A DNA stretch of 64,000 bases from an uncultured archaeon. GTDB taxonomy: Archaea > Asgardarchaeota > Lokiarchaeia > Sigyniarchaeales > SOKP01. Numbering within the stretch: position 1 is the first letter of the stretch; every line of letters begins with the position of its first letter. A program made the position numbers and the translations under genes. The notes under the pieces are model-generated. The model was given only the letters and a program-made list of their open reading frames with translations, did no database searches and was not told the origin of the DNA. Positions 1 through 8,852 of this stretch are shown here, piece by piece. Location of the stretch: NCBI GenBank assembly GCA_964388035.1, contig CAYLZE010000005.1:35742-99741 (forward strand). Direction: 5' to 3'.

Positions 1-767
1 CTATTAGAGGGCTTGTAACCATCATGGAATATAGGTTCGGATAAGAATCTATTGAATGTGGCTTGAAATAGAAATTGACTACTGTGGCAACCTTCCCCTT
101 GAACAGCAATTAGGTTACCTTGGTCTGCTTGCAGAAATCCCAAAATACTGAAAATTGCTCTGGAACGATCTACAGGATCATTCACATTAAAAGTAATAAA
201 TGAGTCTGGACCGTATCTGGCATTAACTCCTAACGTGCCAACAGTATAGAAACTAACTGTAAACATCCTATCATTTTTTTTTCCTTTATCAATATCTTCT
301 AATTTTGCTAAATGTGTGAAAATCTCCTCGTACTTTTTAGCAGCAGCTATAAATTTGAGCATATACTTCTCATCCCACAAGTTATTTAGATCTCCATAAG
401 GCAATAATGTCTCATATGTATATGACATAGAAGTAAAAATGGAAGCACAATCTTTAGATTCATATAATATTTTCCGGATGTCTTGTAATTCGAATTTTAT
501 AGAGATCTTTTCTGATTCAGCTGGTTTAAATCCAGTTATTGCATTTATTTTCGGAGTAATCTCAAGCTCCAATGGTATTCTATAATTAAGAGCATCAAAA
601 ATATCTTTCACATAATCATTAACTAAGGTAGGCGAATAACAATAATCAGAGAAGCCGTACATGTTCGGCTTTCCGTAATGCACGACATCCAGTACCCGCT
701 TCTTTTTGAGTCGCTCTAAATAATTCCATGCCAGAGTTCTATTATATCGCGAAATTAAAGAAATCAT
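1..767 (-). CDS. Hypothetical protein, partial (runs off the window start)
   Basis: Manual translation from ATG at 767 (MISLISRYNRTLAWNYLERLKKKRVLD...) stays open to the window edge; absent from the ORF track because its stop lies outside the window. Confidence 0.7.
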   Translation of the reverse strand, partial: MISLISRYNRTLAWNYLERLKKKRVLDVVHYGKPNMYGFSDYCYSPTLVNDYVKDIFDALNYRIPLELEITPKINAITGFKPAESEKISIKFELQDIRKILYESKDCASIFTSMSYTYETLLPYGDLNNLWDEKYMLKFIAAAKKYEEIFTHLAKLEDIDKGKKNDRMFTVSFYTVGTLGVNARYGPDSFITFNVNDPVDRSRAIFSILGFLQADQGNLIAVQGEGCHSSQFLFQATFNRFLSEPIFHDGYKPSN

Positions 768-823
768 CGCGATTTTAAGGGTTTTTTCTTAATTTTTTTT
801 ATATTTTTTTTGGTTGAAAATTT

Positions 824-2488
824 TCAACTTGAAATTTTAACTTTTGAATATTTTTTCTTGAGATTTTCAACTTGTTTTAGAGGCACGTTACATTCATTTA
901 TGTCCAAGAATTTTAAATTCATTTCCGTGAAAATCCATTCAGGTATCTTTTCCAGAGGATTTCTCCATAACCATAGTGATTTGAGCATAGGAAGAGTTCT
1001 AATTCCAAGCGGGATCTCCGTAAAATGATTATCATGTAAATCAAAAATTGCTAATTTGTTAAATCCACTTAAATCGGAAGGTAAGGAATCAAGATTATTA
1101 TAACTGAGGTTAAGTCTTTCTAATGAGGCAATCCCCTTGAAATTTGGATCAATTTTTTCTATGCAATTACGATCTACATTTAAAAGATCAAGTGCCTTGA
1201 ATTCTTCGATTTTGGCGGGCAAAAATTTAATTCTATTTTTAGAAAGATCCAATTCTTTCAACGGTCTTATGCAAGTCAATTCCACGGGAAATTCAACTAA
1301 TTCATTTCCGCTTATGTTGACATTTATGAGGGATTCCAATCCCTTCAATGATTTGGGAAGATGCTTCAGTTTACAATCCCGTAGTTCCAGCCATTCTAGA
1401 TTTTTCAAATTTCCAAACGATGCGGGTAAAAATTCCAAGGAGCATTGATCTATTATCACTTTTTTAAGATTTACCAGCATCCCTACTGATTCTGGCAACG
1501 TAATTATCCCGCTCCTATCGATCTCGAGGTTATAGAGACCTAAAAGTTCCCCGAGAGAGTCGGGAAGAGTGATTTCGGAACAATCCAGAACGGTAAGATA
1601 CTTCAACCTTTTGAGATATTTAAAGGTGGTAGGCATCCATTCTTTAGGGAGTTGCAGCAAAAATAACTGCTCCAAAGAAGGAAATTGATTGGGTCGGTCA
1701 AACAATTGTGAAAGGTCAATATGAGTCGCAGAAAAAATCTTAAGCTGGGGCAAGGGACTCAATCGGGCAACTATTTGGTTATTGGTCTGATCATGAATGC
1801 CAAGAATTTCCAAGGAAGTGAGCTTGGAGATGGCCGCTTGAAGAGTCTCGATTTGCTTCGCATCAAGGGGGTTATCTATTATTAGACGCAATTTCTCCAC
1901 GAGACCTTCTTGATTGATCCCTATATCATGGGTGGGCAAATAGAGATTAGCGGGAACCAATTTCCTTATTATAACGACAGCATCACGTTGCGTCTCAGAA
2001 ACATTCGAAAAGATTTCCTCGAGCGAAAAATATTCATGGAATTGACCTATCAGCCAAGTGCGAACGTCCTCGTTCCTGCCTTTGAGGCGTTCCAGAAGCT
2101 CCTCTTTAAACTTCATTTTAACGCACGGTATACCTTGGTTCGCCAATTCTTTGAGTAAAACGAAAGATAGATGAGAATCCAGCAATCGGGTATCATAATC
2201 ATGCATTACCCATGTCTCGAGATTGGAACAGTGGACCCAAAACGCCTCATTGGGAGCGATTAAATCTTCAAGGTCGCGTTCTTCGTATTGATAGAGGATA
2301 TCGTCGATAGACTCGATATTCTTTAGAGCGGGAAAATCATCCTCAGAAAATTCCAAAGCAACAGTCATACATGTCATTATCTCCTTTTCACCAATGAAAA
2401 TGCGAGTCTTTTCATCAATAAGCTTGAGAGTGAGGACTAGTCGTCCTTCATTATCCTTGATCGAATATTCGGAAGGTGATTTGCTCAT
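824..2488 (-). CDS. Leucine-rich repeat protein with Lokiarchaeal N-terminal domain
   Basis: N-terminal FWxHCSNL..W...YDTRLL motif shared with 13314..14045; many LxxLxxLxLxxNxLxxLP repeats at the C-terminus. Confidence 0.9.
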   Translation of the reverse strand: MSKSPSEYSIKDNEGRLVLTLKLIDEKTRIFIGEKEIMTCMTVALEFSEDDFPALKNIESIDDILYQYEERDLEDLIAPNEAFWVHCSNLETWVMHDYDTRLLDSHLSFVLLKELANQGIPCVKMKFKEELLERLKGRNEDVRTWLIGQFHEYFSLEEIFSNVSETQRDAVVIIRKLVPANLYLPTHDIGINQEGLVEKLRLIIDNPLDAKQIETLQAAISKLTSLEILGIHDQTNNQIVARLSPLPQLKIFSATHIDLSQLFDRPNQFPSLEQLFLLQLPKEWMPTTFKYLKRLKYLTVLDCSEITLPDSLGELLGLYNLEIDRSGIITLPESVGMLVNLKKVIIDQCSLEFLPASFGNLKNLEWLELRDCKLKHLPKSLKGLESLINVNISGNELVEFPVELTCIRPLKELDLSKNRIKFLPAKIEEFKALDLLNVDRNCIEKIDPNFKGIASLERLNLSYNNLDSLPSDLSGFNKLAIFDLHDNHFTEIPLGIRTLPMLKSLWLWRNPLEKIPEWIFTEMNLKFLDINECNVPLKQVENLKKKYSKVKISS

Positions 2489-2693
2489 GGTTTGGTCTAT
2501 AATTAAGAAGAAGCGAACGCTTAAAAAATTAGCGTCTTGATAAAATTTCTAATTTCTAAATTCTACTTTTATCGCTAATAAAAATAAAGAAAATTCTTCC
2601 CTTGACAATTCGACGAGAGAATCCCGATGGGGAATATCAAGATGTTCCCATCTCCAAGCTCATTCTAAAAAAAGAATAATTTTTTACTACGTC

Positions 2694-3140
2694 TTATTGT
2701 ACTCTATTTTTTCCCCTTTCTGTTAAATAATAAACCCGATTTTCTCCCACAATTTCGGAAGCTACGTACCCTTTTGCAATTAGATTCGCAAGAATTTCTT
2801 CTAATTCTGCTTTCTTCATTGGTTCCAGTCCTAATGGCATCCTACTCTGATTCATTACGATAGCAATGCGTGTTAAGAACAATCGTTTGCCTATGAAACA
2901 TTCCAGCATGGTCCTTTCATCGTTGGTTAAGGTTTCAAATGAATCATGAGTTAGAATTTGAGTTTTCAAGGTGGTAGCTAAATTAATCGCTTCTTGACTC
3001 GGTTCTTGCTTTTTCGTGGTGACATGCTTGAGTTTAACTTTATCTTTAGCCACTTTTCCTTTTTTCTCTTCATTTTCTTTTCCCTCTTCTACTTCATTTT
3101 CTTCTACTTTTTCTTTATCATCCATGGAGAGTATCCTCAA
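2694..3140 (-). CDS. Hypothetical protein, charged N-terminus and probable winged-helix C-terminus
   Basis: L..LIAKGYV.......YYLTERG wHTH-like pattern. Confidence 0.65.
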   Translation of the reverse strand: MRILSMDDKEKVEENEVEEGKENEEKKGKVAKDKVKLKHVTTKKQEPSQEAINLATTLKTQILTHDSFETLTNDERTMLECFIGKRLFLTRIAIVMNQSRMPLGLEPMKKAELEEILANLIAKGYVASEIVGENRVYYLTERGKNRVQ

Positions 3141-3335
3141 GTAATATTATTTTGTTTTAAAATTATTATCATTATAATCATTTAGACACTTCATATAAAA
3201 AAGTTTATTCGTTTAAAGATATTTATTTTTTCACGTGACTTAATATAATTATGCATGGTGCTTCATTGCCGAGCTTCTACGTTTAGAAGGTGTAGATATA
3301 AATTAATTCCTTAATTACAATAATCTGTTTATATC

Positions 3336-3899
3336 ATGAAAAAAACCATCCATTTGAAAGACACGCAAGAAAAAGTCGTGCTTAGGCATGTAAAGAAAAC
3401 CGATGTGGATGGAATTTGGAATAACTTCAATCAAGTGGTTGAGGAAGGAATATATCTTCCCGTGTTTCTTCCCGTGCTTTCAGATTATGAAAAAAAAACG
3501 TGGTATGACAATATAAAAAAAGATAATGAAGTATGTATCGTGGCAGAACTCCTGTCTCTCAAAAATCCTTATAATATCGTGGGGCAATGCGAGATTTCTA
3601 ATTCTGAATGGGAAGCGGCATCTCATGTCGGAATTTTAGGAATAATAGTCAATAGTCATTATCGCAACATGGGAATAGGGAAAGCTTTAATTGATTTTGC
3701 CATCAGTGAATCCAAAAGAATTAATAATAAAAAAAAGATTGTTCTCAGCTGTTTTTCGAGTAATAGAAGGGCTATCCATCTCTACAAAAAGCTGGGATTT
3801 AAGAAAGTGGGGATGAGAAAAAAGCAATTTTTTCTGAATTCTGTCTATTATGATGAAGTGATGATGGAATTGTGGATTGATGATTATTTAAAATTATAA
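3336..3899 (+). CDS. GNAT family N-acetyltransferase
   Basis: V...YRNMGIGKAL motif A; N.RAIHLYKKLGF motif B. Confidence 0.9.
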   Translation: MKKTIHLKDTQEKVVLRHVKKTDVDGIWNNFNQVVEEGIYLPVFLPVLSDYEKKTWYDNIKKDNEVCIVAELLSLKNPYNIVGQCEISNSEWEAASHVGILGIIVNSHYRNMGIGKALIDFAISESKRINNKKKIVLSCFSSNRRAIHLYKKLGFKKVGMRKKQFFLNSVYYDEVMMELWIDDYLKL

Positions 3900-3960
3900 A
3901 TGCTTGAAACAAATTATTTCCTAAAAAGACGTTAAATGAATTCCTATCCATTACGTAAAG

Positions 3961-5418
3961 TTAAGGATATCTATTTTTTCGACGATACAATTCCCAACTA
4001 TGCTTGGTGAGCGGATTTTGATTTAAGAAGATAAAATTAAGATTTCTTAATTTTTCTATTCCCTTAAATTGGGTAATGTTATTTCTTTCAAGAAAGAGAA
4101 TTATCAGGCTTTCTAAATTATCAAATCCTTCCATTTCTTTAATGGCATTTTTATCTAAGAAGAGTTCTTGTAATTTGTGGAGGCTATCCAAGCCTTCAAT
4201 TTTTTCTATTTGATTCCCCGAAAGTTCTAGCTTCCGAAGATTAGTTAATGCATCTAAATTTTCAATTTTTAAAATGAAATTATTGGAGAGATACAATCCT
4301 TTTAAGGAATGGCTTTCAGTCAATCCATCGATATGAGAGATACAATTGTCATTAAGATGGAGCCAGAGTAAATCTTTAAGCATTTCTAATCCTTCTATCC
4401 GGGTAATTTTATTTAAGGCAAGATTCAGATTTTTTAATCGGGTTAATTCCTGGAAATTCTGAATTTGGGAAAGATTATTATTGCTCATGCTTAACGTTTC
4501 GAGTCGATTCAATCGTTCTAATCCGTTAATTTCCGTAATTTGATTATTGTCTAATATTAGTGTCTTTAAATTCCTCAAAGGAGAGAGATTTTCTATTTTT
4601 TTTATGAGATTATGAGACATGTCCAAGAGCTCTAAATTAGAAAGTTGCTCGAGATGTTCGATAGTCTGGATGAGATTATTACTTAAATTCAGTGTCTTTA
4701 ATAATTTTAAATGTTCTAATCCGGATACACAAGAAATCTGGTTTTTTTGTAGCAAGAGATGCTCCAAATTGGGGAGTAATTCTAGATATTTTATATCCGA
4801 TATTTGCCTTAGATTGGAACCCTCACAGTTCAATAAGATGATATCCGCATCTTTTAGGGTTACACTATATCCACATCCATTCACGTAATAATCCTTTAAA
4901 GTCAAATTATAAGAAAGAGTGGTTAATTCGGGGGTGATGCTCGTCCATTCTGAAAGTTTTGGAAAAATCCATTCTAATTTTTCTATTTCGCTTCTTTTAT
5001 GAGTTAGTATTAAATAGTTCATGTATTTTTTTAATAAGTTTAGGGACTCTTGATCATTAATAGTGCTAAGGGCATTAATAGTTAATAATTTTTGATCAAT
5101 AGTTCCACTCTTAAGTAATATATACTGAAAGAGAGAAGGCAATTCGGGATGATGGCAGTAACTTTCTTTCAATACCTGCCCCGCTAATTGCTTTATGGGT
5201 TCGGACTCATCCGAGAGAAAAAGCTGCACGTAAAATGAAAAATCATCTCCCATTTCCCTTGTTCTAAGTATTTCTAAGGCTTTAACTCTCCGTGGTAACT
5301 CATTTGAATTAGAAATGATTTCTTTTAAAAAGGTAACTCCTTCTTTATCACTAATTTTTGTCAGATATGATTCGAAATCATCAGAATTACTATTCATGGG
5401 ATCTGATAACGTTCTCAA
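3961..5418 (-). CDS. SDS22-like leucine-rich repeat protein with helical (HEAT-like) N-terminus
   Basis: Repeated 22-aa LxLxxNxIxxIEGLxxLxxL units; true start may be the internal Met (MNSNS). Confidence 0.88.
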   Translation of the reverse strand: MRTLSDPMNSNSDDFESYLTKISDKEGVTFLKEIISNSNELPRRVKALEILRTREMGDDFSFYVQLFLSDESEPIKQLAGQVLKESYCHHPELPSLFQYILLKSGTIDQKLLTINALSTINDQESLNLLKKYMNYLILTHKRSEIEKLEWIFPKLSEWTSITPELTTLSYNLTLKDYYVNGCGYSVTLKDADIILLNCEGSNLRQISDIKYLELLPNLEHLLLQKNQISCVSGLEHLKLLKTLNLSNNLIQTIEHLEQLSNLELLDMSHNLIKKIENLSPLRNLKTLILDNNQITEINGLERLNRLETLSMSNNNLSQIQNFQELTRLKNLNLALNKITRIEGLEMLKDLLWLHLNDNCISHIDGLTESHSLKGLYLSNNFILKIENLDALTNLRKLELSGNQIEKIEGLDSLHKLQELFLDKNAIKEMEGFDNLESLIILFLERNNITQFKGIEKLRNLNFIFLNQNPLTKHSWELYRRKNRYP

Positions 5419-5513
5419 ATGCTTAATTATCCTTATAATGATTATACCTTGTTATTCTACACTTTTAATTGTATATTACAAGGATGAGAAGTAATAATTA
5501 AATAATATTCGTT

Positions 5514-6599
5514 TCATGAATAAATGTATTCTTTAACGCTATGATCCTTATCCATGATATCAGCTAAGGCACTATCAAAATGTTTTTGGGTAATCTTTTT
5601 GTTCCTTTCTCTTAAACACTTTATTCCCGCTTCGGTGCACAAAGCTTTAATGTGGGCTCCACTAAATCCATCTGTCACTTTTGCAAGTCGGTTAAAATCC
5701 ACATTGTCTAAATTCATCTTTCTGGTGTGTATTTTTAAAATGCTCAATCGAGCTTCTTCATTAGGTAACCCGAATCGTATTATCCTGTCAAATCGCCCCG
5801 GTCTCAAAATCGCAGGATCAAGCACATCTTCGCGATTAGTAGCCGCTAAAAACATTATACCTTCCGTGTTGGCAAATCCATCCAATTCACTCAACAATTG
5901 CATGAAAGTCCTCTGTACCTCCCGGTCGCCCTTATATACCTCGCTTGTACGCTTTACTGCTATGGCGTCGATCTCATCTATGAAAATTATGGCAGGAATG
6001 TTGATTTTTGCCAGGGTAAAAACTTCTCTGACCATCCTCGAACCCTCCCCGATAAATTTCTGTACTAAATCAGATCCTACTAAATGAATGAATCTCGCAT
6101 TTGTTGAATTTGCAATGGCTTTTGCTAAGAGAGTCTTTCCCGTTCCGGGAGGACCGGATAATAGCGCTCCTGAGGGAGCTTCAATCCCTATCTCTTCAAA
6201 AATCTCAGGATGCAATAAGGGTAATTCTATGACTTCTCGAATGGCCTGTATTTGGTCGTCCAATCCCCCAATATCTTCAAAAGTCACGTTCGGATTCTCC
6301 ATTAATTCCATGGCCGCCACGTGCCCTCGAATGTTTTTTGATAAGATTTCTATAATTTGAAAACTACTTCCATGGAGACTGACCAGATCCCCCGGTGATA
6401 AATTCTCCAAATCGGGTCTGGGCGGTATTAGAATGCGATTACCGGGAGCATGAGAAATAACTACACGCCCATCTTTTAATACCTTCTCAACCGTCCCAAT
6501 GATGAGAGGGTTTTCTTTCATTCGATTTAAGATGGTTCTAAGTTGCTCATTCTCTCGCTCTAATACGCGAATTCTTTTTATATAATCTGATTCAGTCAT
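5514..6599 (-). CDS. pan: Proteasome-activating nucleotidase (AAA+ ATPase)
   Basis: Coiled coil + OB fold; Walker A GPPGTGKT, pore loop KFIGEG, Walker B IFIDEID, SRH DPAILRPGRFDR, C-terminal HbYX motif (IYS). Confidence 0.92.
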   Translation of the reverse strand: MTESDYIKRIRVLERENEQLRTILNRMKENPLIIGTVEKVLKDGRVVISHAPGNRILIPPRPDLENLSPGDLVSLHGSSFQIIEILSKNIRGHVAAMELMENPNVTFEDIGGLDDQIQAIREVIELPLLHPEIFEEIGIEAPSGALLSGPPGTGKTLLAKAIANSTNARFIHLVGSDLVQKFIGEGSRMVREVFTLAKINIPAIIFIDEIDAIAVKRTSEVYKGDREVQRTFMQLLSELDGFANTEGIMFLAATNREDVLDPAILRPGRFDRIIRFGLPNEEARLSILKIHTRKMNLDNVDFNRLAKVTDGFSGAHIKALCTEAGIKCLRERNKKITQKHFDSALADIMDKDHSVKEYIYS

Positions 6600-7044
6600 G
6601 ATATAATCTCTATGCTAAGAAAAGATTTATTGCAAAAATAATTTTTTACTTATTTTTTACTTATTTCTCCTCAAAATTAAACGAAAAAAAAAAATCCACT
6701 GAATTTAAATTCTCATGTCTATAATAAATACATATTTCTAAATATTCTCGTGAAAAAAATGATTTTACCTTCAACTCCATCGCAAAAACAGTTAGAACTT
6801 CAAAAATTTGTGCTCAAATCTGGAAATCTCGACGTTTTATTTTCATTCAAGAACTTCGATTTTTTATTCAAATATACATCGATTTGAGTTTTTGAATAGA
6901 AAAAATTTAAATATCAAATCAAATATCAAATTTATAAGCATTTATAATTTCCACACAAAAAATAATATTATTGTAAAAGTAAAAAATATCTAATCTATTA
7001 TTAAATAATAAAAAATATAAAAAACCACGAGCTGAAAATAGAAT

Positions 7045-8254
7045 ATGGCTGAAGAAGAAAGCTTTTTAAGTGCAAAAGCATTAGTGGTTGACAACGGTAC
7101 AGGAATCTCTAAAAACGGATTTGCTGGTGAGGACCAACCCCGTTCCGTGTTTCCAACTTTAATCGGGTACCCCAAATATGAAAGTATAATGACTGATGTC
7201 GAGCATTATACGAGAGAATACTATATCGGGGAAGAAGCAATGCAACTCAAGGGTGTATTGAAATTAATGTTCCCCGTAGAACACGGAATCATAGAAGATT
7301 GGACTGCCATGGAAAAAATATGGCACTACACCTTTTATACGGATTTGAGAATTGATCCCAGCGAACATCCCGTTCTCTTAACCGAAGCCCCCTTAAATCC
7401 ACGACCAAACAGAGAGAAAATGGCAGAAATCATGTTCGAAACTTTCAACGTGCCCGCGCTTTATGTTGCCATGCAAGCAGTTCTTTCCCTTTACGCGTCT
7501 GGTAGAACCACCGGATGTGTTATTGATATTGGCGACGGAGTGTCTCACGTTGTACCTATTTTTGAAGGTTTTGCGTTGAGCCATGCAATTCAGAGAATTG
7601 ATTTAGCCGGCAGAGATATTACCACTTATCTCCAACGTCTTTTACGACAAAAAGGTCATTCCTTTACGACTTCTGCGGAAAAAGAAATTGTTCGAGATAT
7701 CAAGGAAAAACTCTGCTACGTGGCCATCGATCCTGAAAAAGAAATGATGCTCTCCAAAAAAGTGGCGGGCATGGAAAAGAGCTACATGCTTCCTGACGGT
7801 GAAACCATTAATGTAGGTGTCGAACGATTTTTAGCTCCTGAATGCTTCTTTAATCCTTCCGTCATTGGAAAGGAATTGGAACCATTAGACGATGTCGTCG
7901 TAGGAGCAATTTCCGAGTGCGATGTTGACTTGAGAAGAGATTTATACAGCAACATTGTACTCTCTGGTGGATCTACCATGTTCCCCGGAATAAAGGAACG
8001 TTTGACTAAAGAAATAAAAGAACAGATCCCCGAATCAGTAGATGTAAAAATAATCGCACCTCCCGAAAGAATGTATTCCGTTTGGATCGGCGGCTCAATC
8101 TTGTCGTCTCTTAAAACCTTCCACCGAATGTGGGTCACTAGACGCGAAACCGAAAGAGATCAAAGAATCTCTCGGCGCGAGTACAAAGAAATGGGCCCAC
8201 AAGTAAAGAGAATCGAAAGAGATTCGATTTCGCTTAATTCATCGCTGCTTTTAA
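7045..8254 (+). CDS. Lokiactin (Asgard actin); predicted spliced CDS join(7045..8148,8182..8206,8238..8254), 381 aa. The unspliced frame runs to 8286 (413 aa)
   Basis: Actin signatures [44 protein letters not shown]; removing two insertions restores ...[20 protein letters not shown], matching eukaryotic [21 protein letters not shown]. Confidence 0.95.
8149..8181 (+). other. Candidate archaeal BHB/BHL-type mRNA intron 1 in Lokiactin (33 nt, phase 0)
   Basis: Central helix CGCG 8143-8146 / CGCG 8176-8179; bulge AA^A; inner stems CCGA/UCGG and GAGAU/AUCUC; 3' AG^U; splicing gives CGC GAA UAC (R-E-Y). Confidence 0.75.
8207..8237 (+). other. Candidate archaeal BHB/BHL-type mRNA intron 2 in Lokiactin (31 nt, frameshifting)
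   Basis: Central helix AAGU 8201-8204 / GCUU 8232-8235; bulge AA^A closed by G8208-C8231; inner stem GAAUCGAA/UUCGAUUU; 3' AA^U; splicing gives GUA AUU CAU CGC UGC UUU UAA (VIHRCF*). Confidence 0.8.
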
Positions 8255-8280
8255 GCACGATGCGGGCCCTTCAAATCGCG
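8240..8280 (+). promoter_or_regulatory. Structured stop-codon/3' UTR element of Lokiactin mRNA
   Basis: Hairpin CAUCG(C)UGCUU-UU-AAGCACGAUG over the true stop; GGGCCC 8264-8269 complements 8193-8198; UCGCG 8276-8280 complements CGCGA. Confidence 0.55.
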
Positions 8281-8286
8281 AATTAA

Positions 8287-8315
8287 TTTTTTTTTAATTA
8301 TTTAAATTTTTTTTA
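8287..8315 (+). terminator. Oligo-T archaeal terminator after Lokiactin
   Basis: Two long T runs immediately after the structured 3' end. Confidence 0.5.
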
Positions 8316-8852
8316 TATTTTTATATTTTACCCATAAATTAATTGATCAAATCAAGTTCAGTCTATTTTTCAATAGCAATTAAGAATAAATTATTTTATG
8401 TACGAAAATTTCTAAAAAAAATATTATTATTTAGATTGAGGATAGTTTTTTTGTTATCAAAAAAAGGTTTTTTGTGCTAATAATCTATGAAAAAATTCAA
8501 TAAGAAGCTTGCTTTTGTCCTTTTTTTTTATAAAAAATGGTTATTGTAGAGCGCTTGAATAAGTATCAATTAATCTTAACACTTTAGGATTTAATATTTT
8601 TATTATGAAAATTGAATTCTTGAGGTACATTCGCATAATATTCTCAATTTATGAAGTTTAAAATTCAAAATAAGAAGTATATGGTGTCTTTTAGCAAGAT
8701 CAAGTTCAAGGGCACATATAGTATTACCCAAAAGAAAAATTCCCAATGAAGTACCAAATTACTATTCCGATCCTAAAAAAAGTCGGAAAGAAGTCAAAAA
8801 AATAGGAGAAAAAAAAAAGGAGAATGACGGAACCATTTTTTCTGTTAGCAGT

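Noticed and set aside
650-672. Further BHB intron in the first ORF (AAGCCG...CGGCTT hairpin)
   Set aside because: No 4-bp helix plus 3-nt bulge arrangement found; the frame is uninterrupted.
8143-8237. Actin insertions as MITE footprints (CGCGA and TAA target duplications) or ribosomal-bypass elements
   Set aside because: The apparent duplications differ in length and follow from the helix/bulge geometry. Bypassing needs matched take-off and landing codons, which insertion 2 lacks (GTA vs TTA). Less parsimonious, but not excluded without RNA data.
8149-8237. Spliceosomal (GT-AG) or self-splicing introns
   Set aside because: No GT...AG boundaries restore the frame, and 31-33 nt is far too short for group I/II ribozymes.
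8240-8280. SECIS element
   Set aside because: No in-frame TGA in actin and no SECIS core visible.
7045-8286. Lokiactin with a genuine 413-aa extended C-terminus, as in the ORF track
   Set aside because: The canonical IHRCF* codons are preserved out of frame, and the extra sequence consists of two precise hairpins, so the extension is better explained as an unspliced reading.
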